From NCBI GenBank assembly GCA_963582725.1, contig CAUZSY010000001.1, positions 1-44,312 of the forward strand: DNA of 44,312 bases, written 5' to 3'. The stretch is from Candidatus Thalassarchaeaceae archaeon. Its GTDB lineage: Archaea; Thermoplasmatota; Poseidoniia; Poseidoniales; Thalassarchaeaceae. The notes beneath the pieces were generated by a model. That model saw only the letters and a program-made list of their open reading frames with translations, was not told the DNA's origin and did not search any database. This document shows positions 1-9,900 of the stretch, piece after piece; position 1 is the stretch's first letter; the number at the start of each line of letters is the position of its first letter. The position numbers and the translations under genes were made by a program.

Positions 1-8
1 GCGGCGCG

Positions 9-797
9 TTGGCGGGTGCTGCGGTCACCCGGGTCGTCTCGATCGTCCTACCGATCCATCTCGGCGGTCTGCTGCTGCACCTCTCGCTGCCGGCGTTGAT
101 CATGCTCTGCGTGCAGGTCAACGAGTTGCTGACCGGGCGTGAGGAATCACTCTCTCCGAAAGTGTTGGCTTGGGTCGGCGGCGCGGTCGGCGTCATCCTC
201 GATGAGACACTCTGGCTGGTGGTCAGGAATCCGCCTCTCGCCGCCGACGCACCGGCTCAGGTCGCCTATTGGTCAGTTCCCTCCCTGTCGGTCGCGGTGC
301 TCGGCTTGCTGCTGTTCGCCGGCGGCGTGCTGGCTGCGGCGCGCGCTTGGCCGGACCGCGAGGAGATGCCGGCCTTGCAGCACAGGCACCTGGGTATAGC
401 GGCCGGCGTCCTGATCGGCGGACTCGTCTTCTTCCATGTCAGTCAGGCGTTGATCCGCTACGATGTCGCTAACGAGGACCGCTCTCTGCTCATCCTCGGC
501 TATGAGATCCACCATCTCGTAGAGGGCCAGATCCTGCTGTTCGCGGCCTTGGTGATGATGGTGTTCGCCGGTGGCCGCGTCTGGCCGTGGCGGTTATCGT
601 TCGGGTTCGTGCTGGTCGGAGTCCTGTTCGTGTCCGATGAGATTCTGTACTACCAGTTCGCTGATGTCAGTGATGCGGCTTACTTCGGTGCCGCGACGAT
701 CGTCAGCGGCGGTCTGATGAGTCTGCTGATGCTGGCGCAGTTGCTCATGCGTTCGGATGCGTTGTCAGCCTTCATCGCTGGTGAATCCGATGACTGA
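9..797 (+). CDS. hypothetical polytopic membrane protein (start uncertain, may extend past the window edge)
   Basis: ORF with several long hydrophobic stretches (e.g. 'IVLPIHLGGLLLHLSLPALIMLCV', 'ILLFAALVMMVFAGG'). GC-rich third positions. Its stop (795-797) overlaps the ATG at 790 of the next gene. No family recognised. Confidence 0.5.
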   Translation: MAGAAVTRVVSIVLPIHLGGLLLHLSLPALIMLCVQVNELLTGREESLSPKVLAWVGGAVGVILDETLWLVVRNPPLAADAPAQVAYWSVPSLSVAVLGLLLFAGGVLAAARAWPDREEMPALQHRHLGIAAGVLIGGLVFFHVSQALIRYDVANEDRSLLILGYEIHHLVEGQILLFAALVMMVFAGGRVWPWRLSFGFVLVGVLFVSDEILYYQFADVSDAAYFGAATIVSGGLMSLLMLAQLLMRSDALSAFIAGESDD

Positions 798-3066
798 TCC
801 GGACGACCCGCCCCTCGATCTGCCGCCCAAGGGGATGATGCCGCCACCACCACCACCGCTCGGAGCGTCCCTGCCCATCGGTCTCGGGGGGGCTGCACCA
901 CCACCGGCTCACCCTCCACCTCCAACACCCCCGGCCAGGCTGCCACCATCTCCGACCGCCGGCGCGCCCTCGATACCGCCACTTCCAGCCGGGCTGCCAC
1001 CACCTCCGACAGCGGCCGCGCGTTCGATACCGCCCCCTCTTCCTCCTGTCGCTCTCACAGAACAATCATCGTTGCTCGGTGGCGTTCCTCTGCCGCCACC
1101 GCCAAGCGCTGTCACGGCACCGCCACCGCTGAGCGGCGACGCTGTGCTGCCACCGCCGCCTGGTGCGGTGCCCCCGCCGCCGGACACGCCTGTTCCGCCA
1201 CCCCTGCCGCTGCCGAGCGAGGCGGGCGCTGGTGATGGTGTCGACCTGTTCGCTGATCTGGAGGATGTCGCGTCGCTGCTCGATGAACTCGACATCGAAC
1301 CGTCCTCCGAAGCCGTCGCCGAAGCCGTCGCCGAACCCGTCATTGGGTCTGTGCCGGAGTCGGAGCGCGCACCGGAGCCCGATCCGACACCGACAGCAGC
1401 CGAACCGGATGAGGCAGTTGAGTCCTATGCAGCCGCCGAGTCGGCGACCGCGCAGCCGCCGGACACCTCGACCACACCGAGCACTGACGATACCGGTACG
1501 GACGAGACCGATGCTGATGGAATCGCCGCTGACGGAACCACCGCTGACGAGGCCAACGCCGAACATATCGAAGACCCGTGGGCCGAGGTTCTGCAGACCA
1601 GTTCGTCAGAGGTTCCGGCTGTTCCGGCTGCTCCGGTTGCGGCCGCCGCCACAACGCCTTGGATGGACGGAACAGCGTTGCCGCCGGCAACCACCGCGGC
1701 ACTGGTCGAGACAGAGATGTCTGGCCAGCCCGGCCAACCCGGCCAACCAACCCTTCTCGACCAACCAGCCCAGCCGGGTCAGCCCGAGCAACCTCAACCG
1801 TCGCCCGTTGAAGTCGCATCACCCGCCACCGCACCACCCGCTGCGGTCGCACCGCTGCCTACCGCCCCGGTGACGACTGACGGCGCCATCGGCGCCATCG
1901 TCGCCGATGCGTCGGCCGGACAGCCGCCTCTGCCGACGCTCCAGCCGGCCGAACCGGGACCGGAGGCGGAGGGCGGTCGTTTCCATCTGCGTCGGCTGAA
2001 GGGCATCCTGTCGGTCGAGGAATTGACGATTGTCGAGCGCCTGAAGCAGATAGGTGTCAATCCGTTGTTCCTGGCCATAGGAATCTACGCGACATGGTAC
2101 ACGGTCATCACCGCTCTGTCATACTACTCGACCGGCGGTGGACCGGACTGGTTCGGTCGGACCTGCGGCACTTGGGTGGCGGCGGAGTGTGGCGACCCAT
2201 GGCAGGAGTGGTGGGTCGATCTCAGAATAGTGGCGGAGGTGGCCTGGTGCACGCCCTGGATAGGAATGGTGCTGGTCAATCCGAAGGTTCGGCAGAAGAG
2301 CAGGGAGATCGTCGACAGACTGCTATTGAGTGACCCGGACAGGGCTGCGGCACTCGCTGCGACGCCTTCGGTGAGAATACGGAAATTGGTATTCTGGTTC
2401 TATGTGGCCACCTACTTCACATGGGGGTCCTACACCCACTTCGACGTCCGTTCCTTCGGTCTCCTCGGCCTGATGGTGCTGCTGCCCGTGTACGGTCTGC
2501 AGGGGGCCCTCATCGCCGACACGTTCTCTCTGTTCATCGCGCTGAAACCGCTGATCCAGCACCGTGCCAGCATCATCATCGAACCGTTCCATCCCGGCGG
2601 CGCCGCCGGCATTGACGAGATCACCAGCCGGTTGCAGGCGTTCGCGGGAGTGCCGGTCTACTTCGCCATCATGATGATGGTCCGCTCGTACATGTTCCTG
2701 CTGCTCAGCGGCGGCGGCGGCGAGGCGGACTCGTTTCGAGCGATGGGAGAGGTGTTCGTCGCGATTTTCTTCCTGATCGTCGCGATAGCGGTTTCGATGG
2801 GTCCGTTGTTTCTCATTTCGGGTTCGATCAATGACAGGAAGCAGGAACTCATCAAGACCTTGGCTGAACGATGCGGTTTCGCGAATGTCAGCCTCACTTC
2901 GATGATGGACGCTCCGATCGATGACCGAAAGGTTGCGGACATGCTGCTGATGGAGAGGATCCAAGCAATCCGGCCGATCGATGTGAGATCGGTGCAGATC
3001 ATCGTCCAGAAGATCGCAATTCCGGCACTGTTGGTGATCGTCCGGCCGTTGCTCGGACTGCTGTGA
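757..3066 (+). CDS. hypothetical protein: N-terminal polyproline region, acidic/Thr-Ala-Pro low-complexity middle, C-terminal polytopic membrane domain
   Basis: 769-aa ORF. In-frame ATGs at 757 and 790; 790 gives an 8-nt overlap with the upstream gene. PPPP runs lie at about nt 808-1220, D/E/T/A/P-rich low complexity at about 1220-1970, and roughly 6 hydrophobic helices at 2050-3060. Confidence 0.7.
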   Translation: MRCQPSSLVNPMTDPDDPPLDLPPKGMMPPPPPPLGASLPIGLGGAAPPPAHPPPPTPPARLPPSPTAGAPSIPPLPAGLPPPPTAAARSIPPPLPPVALTEQSSLLGGVPLPPPPSAVTAPPPLSGDAVLPPPPGAVPPPPDTPVPPPLPLPSEAGAGDGVDLFADLEDVASLLDELDIEPSSEAVAEAVAEPVIGSVPESERAPEPDPTPTAAEPDEAVESYAAAESATAQPPDTSTTPSTDDTGTDETDADGIAADGTTADEANAEHIEDPWAEVLQTSSSEVPAVPAAPVAAAATTPWMDGTALPPATTAALVETEMSGQPGQPGQPTLLDQPAQPGQPEQPQPSPVEVASPATAPPAAVAPLPTAPVTTDGAIGAIVADASAGQPPLPTLQPAEPGPEAEGGRFHLRRLKGILSVEELTIVERLKQIGVNPLFLAIGIYATWYTVITALSYYSTGGGPDWFGRTCGTWVAAECGDPWQEWWVDLRIVAEVAWCTPWIGMVLVNPKVRQKSREIVDRLLLSDPDRAAALAATPSVRIRKLVFWFYVATYFTWGSYTHFDVRSFGLLGLMVLLPVYGLQGALIADTFSLFIALKPLIQHRASIIIEPFHPGGAAGIDEITSRLQAFAGVPVYFAIMMMVRSYMFLLLSGGGGEADSFRAMGEVFVAIFFLIVAIAVSMGPLFLISGSINDRKQELIKTLAERCGFANVSLTSMMDAPIDDRKVADMLLMERIQAIRPIDVRSVQIIVQKIAIPALLVIVRPLLGLL
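1723..1749 (+). repeat. 9-nt tandem repeat (GGCCARCCN x3) encoding GQP-GQP-GQP, followed by degenerate QP repeats to about 1800
   Basis: Read directly: 'ggccagccc ggccaaccc ggccaacca', inside the 757-3066 CDS. Confidence 0.8.
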
Positions 3067-3164
3067 CGGTACCGCTACCGTCCTGTCTCGCTGTCTTGGC
3101 ACATTCTGCCTGAAGACGGATGTCATCATCGGTCGATCGGTTCAGCGATGTTGTCTCGACTTCA

Positions 3165-3746
3165 TCAGTCCTCAGCGCGGGAAATCCAATCGATGGCATC
3201 GCTGGGTGCGGTCGTCGGCATACCCGCAGTCAACCACGCTACCAGAGTCGCGAAGCCGACCGCCGCGTCGGCGCTGGTGGCATCGATGTCGATCGCCGGG
3301 CGTTCATCTGACTCGCCACCCACTTCGTCCGACCAGGCGCTGCCGATCCACTCCCAATCGACGTTCGCCTCGACCTTCCATTCCGGATAGTCGCGGACCC
3401 GCAGGCGCGCTTCGAGGACGTCGGGCCGACAGCGGATGACGCAGACCGCATAGGTCGGCAGCAGGTGCGACATGTGGCCATCGATGAGAATCGGTGACCG
3501 ACCATCGATGGTGACGGCCGCCTCATCGAGCAGTGGCGCGGCCCAGATGTCACCGAGCGCACTCGCCAGCCGAGCGACATCGATTGGTCGCGCGTCATCA
3601 TCTGTGTCGAACGGCTCAGCGCAATCGTGCTCGTCGGCCAGCGCCGAGACGGTCTGCACACTCCAGCCAGCAGCCTCGGCGGCCGCGCAGATGGTGCTCT
3701 TGCCGACCCCCGGTGATCCGGTGATGGCGATGCGCAGCGCTGTCAT
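3165..3746 (-). CDS. Fap7/AK6-like adenylate-kinase-type NTPase (archaeal small-subunit ribosome maturation factor type)
   Basis: N-terminal Walker A 'ITGSPGVGKST'. About 190 aa, 'LIDGH' segment, short kinase-like layout typical of archaeal Fap7-like proteins. Confidence 0.7.
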   Translation of the reverse strand: MTALRIAITGSPGVGKSTICAAAEAAGWSVQTVSALADEHDCAEPFDTDDDARPIDVARLASALGDIWAAPLLDEAAVTIDGRSPILIDGHMSHLLPTYAVCVIRCRPDVLEARLRVRDYPEWKVEANVDWEWIGSAWSDEVGGESDERPAIDIDATSADAAVGFATLVAWLTAGMPTTAPSDAIDWISRAED

Positions 3747-3947
3747 GACCGTTCGTGCTCGCGGTCCGGGCCGCGGCGCTTCAACGCATCCCCGCCGAAT
3801 GGCTCGCGGTCCGCCGTTCGTCTGCCACCGTCAGCCGATAGTCGGAGGCCGGCTGCCTGTAGTCACAGGACACCTCCGGTTTCGCGGCGGCTCCGTGATT
3901 GTCAGCATGCGGAACCTTGACCGCCTGATCGGGCACAGGGGGGAGCC

Positions 3948-5138
3948 ATGCAGGACTCGGATGGCGGGGCGACGGCGTTTCAATCGTCGGAGGAGTTGGA
4001 CCCTTGGCACGGCTTCGGAAAGGCGTTCGACCCGAGGCACAGCAAGTTGAACTTCATGCTGCTGCTGGTGCCACTGGCCGGTGGCGTGTCGCTGTTCGCG
4101 CACGATCAGACGCTCGCGTTCGTGCTCTCCCTCGCCGCAATCATGCCGCTAGCTTCTCTGATGGGCAGAGCGACCGAGGAGATAGCCCTCAGGACCAGTC
4201 AGTCGGTAGGCGGTCTGCTGAACGCGACGTTCGGCAATTCGGCTGAGATAATCATCGCGATGATGGCGATATTCGCCGCTTCTCAAGCGTTGGCGCTAGG
4301 CACTCCCGAGGGTGAGGAGACCGCGGCGACGATGATCAAGATAGTCCAAGCGAGCCTGATCGGCAGCATCCTCGGAAACCTGCTGCTGGTGCTCGGACTG
4401 GCCTTCGTCTGGGGTGGCATGAAGCATCACATCCAGCACTTCAGTCCGGACGCGGTCGGTGCCAACGGCTCACTGCTGCTGATCGCGGTCATCGCTCTGA
4501 TAGTCCCGACCACCTTCGCCGAGACAGTCCCCGGAGCGGCCGGCGAGATCGGCGTCCTGAACCTCTCTCGGATGGCCGCCTTCGTGCTGCTCGGACTGTA
4601 CGGATTGTTCCTGCTGTTCCAGTTGCGCACCCATCAGGAGTTGTTCGCGACCGATGGCCAGCACGAGGAGCAGGGGAGCATAGGCACCCGCGCCTCGATC
4701 GCGCTGCTCGTCATCTCGACGCTCGGGGTCATCTGGATGGCCGAGATCCTGATCCATTCGATCGAGACCGCGGCGTCGTCGATCGGTCTACCGCACCTGT
4801 TCATCGGCATCATCCTGCTGCCGCTGTTCGGCAACGCGGCCGAGCATGCCGCGGCGGTCAGCGTCGCCCGCCGCGACAAGATGGACCTGTCGTTCTCGAT
4901 CGCGGTCGGCTCATCGACGCAGATCGCCGTCTTCGTCGCGCCGCTCGTCGTGCTCGTTTCGTGGGGAATGGGTGTTCCGATGACGTTCGAGTTCGGTCTG
5001 TTCGAGACGGTCTCCACATTCATCGCGGTGCTGATCGCCAATTCGATCGCTGCCGACGGCAAATCGAACTGGCTGGAGGGCGCCATGCTGCTGGGCACCT
5101 ATGCGATTCTCGCCATCGCCTTCTTCTTCCACCCCTGA
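3948..5138 (+). CDS. Ca2+/H+ exchanger, CaCA/CAX (ChaA-like) family
   Basis: Both alpha-repeat signatures are present: 'GGLLNATFGNSAEIIIA' and 'LPLFGNAAEHAAAV'. About 10-11 TM segments. GGGGGAG SD-like motif just upstream of the ATG at 3948. Confidence 0.9.
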   Translation: MQDSDGGATAFQSSEELDPWHGFGKAFDPRHSKLNFMLLLVPLAGGVSLFAHDQTLAFVLSLAAIMPLASLMGRATEEIALRTSQSVGGLLNATFGNSAEIIIAMMAIFAASQALALGTPEGEETAATMIKIVQASLIGSILGNLLLVLGLAFVWGGMKHHIQHFSPDAVGANGSLLLIAVIALIVPTTFAETVPGAAGEIGVLNLSRMAAFVLLGLYGLFLLFQLRTHQELFATDGQHEEQGSIGTRASIALLVISTLGVIWMAEILIHSIETAASSIGLPHLFIGIILLPLFGNAAEHAAAVSVARRDKMDLSFSIAVGSSTQIAVFVAPLVVLVSWGMGVPMTFEFGLFETVSTFIAVLIANSIAADGKSNWLEGAMLLGTYAILAIAFFFHP

Positions 5139-5162
5139 CGCTCTGGACCACGCCACACGATC

Positions 5163-6137
5163 TCAAGCGAGACGGCCGGCGTGGTAGTCGTCGAGCGCCT
5201 GTTGGATCTCCGCTTCGGTGTTCATCACGAACGGTCCGTAGCGGGCGATCGGCTCATCGATCGGCTGGCCGGCCAGCAGCAGCATCTCAGCCGGCTCGTC
5301 CGCGTCTTCGGCGACGGAGATTCGCACCGATTCACCGTCGGTGAACAGACCCAACTGGCCATCCATGATCCGCTGCTCAGGGGCGGCATAGGGCTGGTCG
5401 CCAGCACTCTCGTCGCCAGCACCCACGTCACCTGTACCGGCCGCACTTGCTGCGCCGGCGGCGCCGGCAGTTCCAATCAGCACAGCCCCGCCGAAGCAGT
5501 ACAGCATAGCATTCAGACCGGCCTGAACGGGCTGCACCAGAGAGCCACCTGGTCGGATGATGAGGTGGATGAAGATGATAGGGATCACCGTGTCGATGAC
5601 AGCAGAGACGCCAAGAGATTCACCAGCCACCACGCGGGCCTCGACCAGACCATCATCGCTCTTCGCCAGCGGGATCTCAGAGCCTGGCACATCCTGATAC
5701 CGAGGCTGCATCATCTTCGACTCGGCCGGCAGATTCACCCAGATCTGGAAGCCGTGCATGACTCCACCTTCCCGCTTGAAGTCGGGGTGCGGCAACTCCT
5801 CGTGGATCACCCCCCGACCAGCCGTCATCCACTGCACGTCCCCCGGCCCCAGTTCACCCGCGTGACCGGCGCTGTCGCCGTGACACATCCTGCCCTGCAG
5901 GAGATATGTGACGGTCTCGAAGCCGCGATGCGGATGGGCCGGCGCCCCGATGGCGTCGCCCGGTGGCCAGTCGACCGGGCCCATCTCGTCGAGTAGCAGG
6001 AATGGACTCATCTCCCTTCCCATCGCGGCCGGCCGGCGGACCGGGAATCCACCGCCTTCGAGCAGCTGGTGTGTCGGAATCGCGACGCGCAGCACGCGCA
6101 TCGTCCCAGGAGGTTCATCGCCCATGCAGGAACACAC
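5163..6137 (-). CDS. pirin-family bicupin protein
   Basis: 'HPHRGFETVTYLLQG' cupin metal motif, 'GFQIWVNLP', two-cupin length. The likely true start is the ATG at 6101 ('MRVLRVAIPT'). Contains an Ala/Gly-rich insertion 'GAAGAASAAGTGDVGAGDESAGD'. Confidence 0.88.
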   Translation of the reverse strand: MCSCMGDEPPGTMRVLRVAIPTHQLLEGGGFPVRRPAAMGREMSPFLLLDEMGPVDWPPGDAIGAPAHPHRGFETVTYLLQGRMCHGDSAGHAGELGPGDVQWMTAGRGVIHEELPHPDFKREGGVMHGFQIWVNLPAESKMMQPRYQDVPGSEIPLAKSDDGLVEARVVAGESLGVSAVIDTVIPIIFIHLIIRPGGSLVQPVQAGLNAMLYCFGGAVLIGTAGAAGAASAAGTGDVGAGDESAGDQPYAAPEQRIMDGQLGLFTDGESVRISVAEDADEPAEMLLLAGQPIDEPIARYGPFVMNTEAEIQQALDDYHAGRLA

Positions 6138-6189
6138 CGTCAGATTCGTATCAAGTCATTCATTCTTCTGACCGGCGAATCTGATGCGA

Positions 6190-6483
6190 TCATGCAGTGG
6201 CCACAGCGAGGGCAGCCATGAATCGGCTCAGTCTCTTTTGGTCCAGATGACCGTTAATGCGAACCCCGCTGCACAAATCGACCCAAAACGGTCTTACAAC
6301 GCTGACTGCTTCAGGGATATTTTCTGGCGTAAGTCCGCCAGCCAAATAGACAGGCACCGATGACTGACGAACAATCTCGGCGCTCAGAGTCCAATTATGG
6401 GTGCGTCCCGTGCCGCCGAGCTCTTTCACCGCAAGCCGCTGATTACCGGAATCTAGCAGCAGCTCCTCGATCCTCAACATCAA
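6190..6483 (-). pseudogene. trpF: C-terminal remnant of phosphoribosylanthranilate isomerase (TrpF); N-terminal half absent
   Basis: 'LLLDS...GGTGRTHNW...VYLAGGLTPENIPEAVSVVRPFWVDLCSGVR' matches the C-terminal ~85 aa of TrpF (LLD..GG(S/T)GKTFDW..L(A/S)GGLNPENV..VRPFAVDVSSGVE). The upstream minus-strand sequence is a different ORF. No other trp genes nearby. Lies in low-GC DNA. Confidence 0.7.
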
Positions 6484-6505
6484 TCACATCCGGCGTGTGT
6501 GAATG

Positions 6506-6841
6506 CTATTCTCGCCGAGGCGGCCACCCCGGCTGGATAGAGCCCGGCGACGATTCCGACGAATTCGGAGGATTAAATATCAGATTGATGAAAAATTGGA
6601 AGGCAAGGAACCAAACTAGCCCTACTGTAGCAATCCAAATTATCGAAGGATCTTCGCCTCCTGAAATGAAAGAGTATGTAATAATGGCTGCCGCTAAACC
6701 AGCTACAAATAAAATGCGAAACAGAATTGTTGCGCCCACACTCTCAATTGTGGATAGGGCATTCCATCCATTGAATCCGAACCACTTCTGGATAAATCCC
6801 ATAACCATTCGCCAAGTGGACAAACGTACAAGCGTCCGCAC
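6506..6841 (-). CDS. hypothetical small membrane protein (orphan, low-GC)
   Basis: 111-aa ORF with two clear hydrophobic helices ('ILFRILFVAGLAAAIITYSFI', 'IIWIATVGLVWFLAFQFFINLIF'). Local GC is far below the rest of the window. No family recognised. Confidence 0.4.
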   Translation of the reverse strand: MRTLVRLSTWRMVMGFIQKWFGFNGWNALSTIESVGATILFRILFVAGLAAAIITYSFISGGEDPSIIWIATVGLVWFLAFQFFINLIFNPPNSSESSPGSIQPGWPPRRE

Positions 6842-6971
6842 TTAAATCCGTTCAAAAGCCGTGAGCAACTGCTGCCACAGCCATTGCCGCCTAATCGGGC
6901 GTACTGATGCAGCAAATTATAGCGCGAATCATCGGAATCAATCTCAATTAAGTCCGATATTGATGCTGCTA

Positions 6972-9900
6972 TCACTTCCGCCGCCGGATCAGCGCGGCGC
7001 CGAGGAGGGAGACGAAGGTCGCTATCACGCCTGCGTGCGGAATGCCGATCGATGAGCCCGATTCGTCTTCCTGTTCAGGAGGCATGGGGACGGGCGGGGA
7101 GCCGCCGCCGTCAGTCGGAGGAGTGGTCTGGTTGGCACCCGTCTCATTACCATCGCCCGCACCGCTCGAGCCTGACTCCTCCGGGCAGCCGGTCGAGTCG
7201 ACAGGCACACCGGCTGGAGTGTCCGGACACGTATCGTCACCATCATGGATGCCATCGCCATCGGCATCGCTGACCGCAGGCGCTCCTGAAATGCACAACG
7301 CGTATTCATCATCGTCGAGGGATTGCCCAGCACCACCGAACAGTTCCGCCGAGACGGCATAGCAGCCAGCGCTCAGATTCTGTGCTGCATGCAGCGGCTC
7401 GGCGAAGCCCGTGTTGTTGGCGGCATCGATCGTCAGGTTGCCGGATGCGATCACCGACGCGGCACTGTCAGAACCGTTCGCGATGTGCCATTCGATGAGA
7501 TAGGTGACATTGGCAACCAGATTGTCGACCTCGTACAAGGTGGTCAACGAGGAGTGGCCGGTGCTGATATTCCGGCTGTAGTTCTGGGCGGAGTCGTATC
7601 CGCCGACATCATCCGGCCAGATGTGAATCACCTCGTCCTCCGGACAGCCGGTGGAGTCGACGGGAGTGCCAGAGGGAGTGCCGGGACAGGCGTCATCGCC
7701 ATCGTGGATGCTGTCGCCATCGCTGTCCAACTGGTTCGCCGCACAGCCATTCTGATCGACGGTCTCCGAGGCCGATGTGTTCGGACACTGGTCGACATCG
7801 TCCATGACTCCATCGCCATCGCTGTCCAGTTGACTCGGGCTACAACCATCATCATCAGCTGTCTCTGTCACCGGTGTATCCGGGCAGAGGTCATCGGCGT
7901 TGAACACGCCATCGCCATCGTCATCGACTTGACTGTCTCCGCAGCCGGTCGCATCGGCTGTATCGTTCATCGGGGTGTTCGGACACTGGTCGACATCGTC
8001 CATCACACCATCGGCATCGCTGTCGAGTTGACTAGGCCCGCATCCATCGTCATCGACCATATCGGTTGCCGGCGTGTCGGGACAGAGGTCATCACCGTTC
8101 GTCACTCCATCGTCGTCGTCATCCAATTGGTCATCAGCGCATCCATCATCGTCGACGGCGCTGCCCGGCTCGGTGCCAGGGCAGAGATCATCGACATCCG
8201 GCACACCGTCATCGTCAATGTCCCCTGTGAGGGCGGGTACGACGATGGTTGGCGGTTGGACCAGAGGATACCGGTCATAGTTGCCACTGCTGATGTACTT
8301 GTGCGAGTCGTAGATTCCATCGGATCCCGTCTGGTCCTGGTCCTCTCCCGAGGCGAGGTCATCGAGAGCGAGAGTGCCCCAGTGGTTGCCGCCTTGAGGG
8401 TACGTCTCATTCCATACGTTCGATCCATCAGTAACACTGCCGAAGGTCGATTCTCCCGAGAAGTCGTTGCCCCAGATCAGATTGTTCGACGACCCGACCA
8501 TCTTGTACCCAGCATCGTTCGACCTGAAGATGTTCTCTATGATGACACTGTCCTCCATGTTCTCGATCTCGAGACCCTCAGCGGTATTGTCTGAGATCAT
8601 GTTCAATGAGACATCGACACCTGTCACAGTATCGGAGTCGGAGAAAGTGTCGATGAACACTCCACTCCATCCGTTGTCGCTGATCAGATTGCCTCGGACG
8701 ACGAGATCGATCGTGTCCTTCGCTTCGATTCCATGATAGCCGTTCAGGGTTATCGTGTTGTTCAGGAACTCGGTAGCATCGACCTGCCACATGTCGATGC
8801 CCCGCCAGTTGTTGCCCGAGATGAGATTCGACTCGAAGGTGTGATGGTCCTCGCTGAAGATCGAGACGCCGCTGTCCGCGTTGTCGATGATCGTGTTTCT
8901 GATGAAAGTGTTCGTGTCTCCCGCGAACAGATTCAAACCGTCGCCTTCGTTATCCTCGATCAGGTTCCCTCTCACCTCGAGATCATCCGCGCGGTAGATG
9001 TCCAGACCGGCATTCTCATTCGAGGCCATGTAGTTGTTCGTGATGCTGGTATGACCGCTGTCCTCGATCTCGAGACCGTTGCCTCTGTTTCCTGTGAACG
9101 AGTTGTTCTCGACCGAGCTGAACTGATCATCGAGGAGTTTCATTCCCGGACCAAACATGTTCGAGAACGAGTTGTTCGAGATCACCATGTTCGAGGAGGC
9201 GAGGATGAGAGGTGTGCCGGCACCGGACATGTTCTGGTTCGCGATGGTCATCTGCGAGCAGGAGACGAGTATCAGTTGTCCGACGCCGGTCAGATCGATT
9301 GAATCCCCACCGGTCTGCGAAGCGAGGTAGACCACCGGCAGACCGTTGACCGTGTTCGCCGTGAACGTGTAGGAGTTCGGGGTATCGCTGGAGAAGAAGA
9401 AGTCGAATCCGAAACTTGTGTTCATCAGCGTGTTGTTATCGACCGTGAGATCCACCGAACCGTCCAGTAACAGTCCATTTCTCGTGGTATTCTCAATCGA
9501 GTTATTCCGGATGCTGCTGTCATCGGATCCATCGACGACGATGCCATCTCTGCAGCATCCGCTATCAGCATCGGAATCCAGTAGTTCGATGGTGTTGTTG
9601 CTGACCTCGGTCCCTTCTGAACTGTATATCTTGATGCCGGCCCTGGTGGACCCAACACCCTGTATGACAGAGTCACGTACGACTGCACCACCGGAATTCC
9701 TCACCTCTATCGGGGCAGAGAGGCCGTATAGAGTGCAGCCGTCGATGATGCCATTCGGTGCGCCGTACAGGATGATACCACCCTGATTGTACCAGGTGGT
9801 GTCGTTGCCGTCGATGGAGCAGTTCTCGATTATGAAGTGGTGATCCGTGTTCCTGACTTCAATTCCCGCAGTGGAACTGCTCGTGACATTGATCTGCAGG

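Noticed and set aside
6703-6975. 90-aa minus-strand ORF overlapping the 6506-6841 ORF and the end of the surface-protein gene
   Set aside because: It overlaps the more gene-like two-TM ORF in another frame and has no motifs. It may reflect decayed sequence in the low-GC island rather than a gene.
7100-8300. Periodic repeats that a repeat finder might flag as CRISPR-like
   Set aside because: The repeats are in-frame protein repeats (TSP3-like) inside a long intact ORF. The 'spacers' are also coding, and no cas genes are present in the window.
7323-8594. 423-aa plus-strand ORF
   Set aside because: It lies entirely antisense to the 1040-aa surface-protein gene, whose repeats, signal peptide and anchor are clearly real. 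The translation is a low-complexity V/I/R/G-rich mirror of the acidic repeats.
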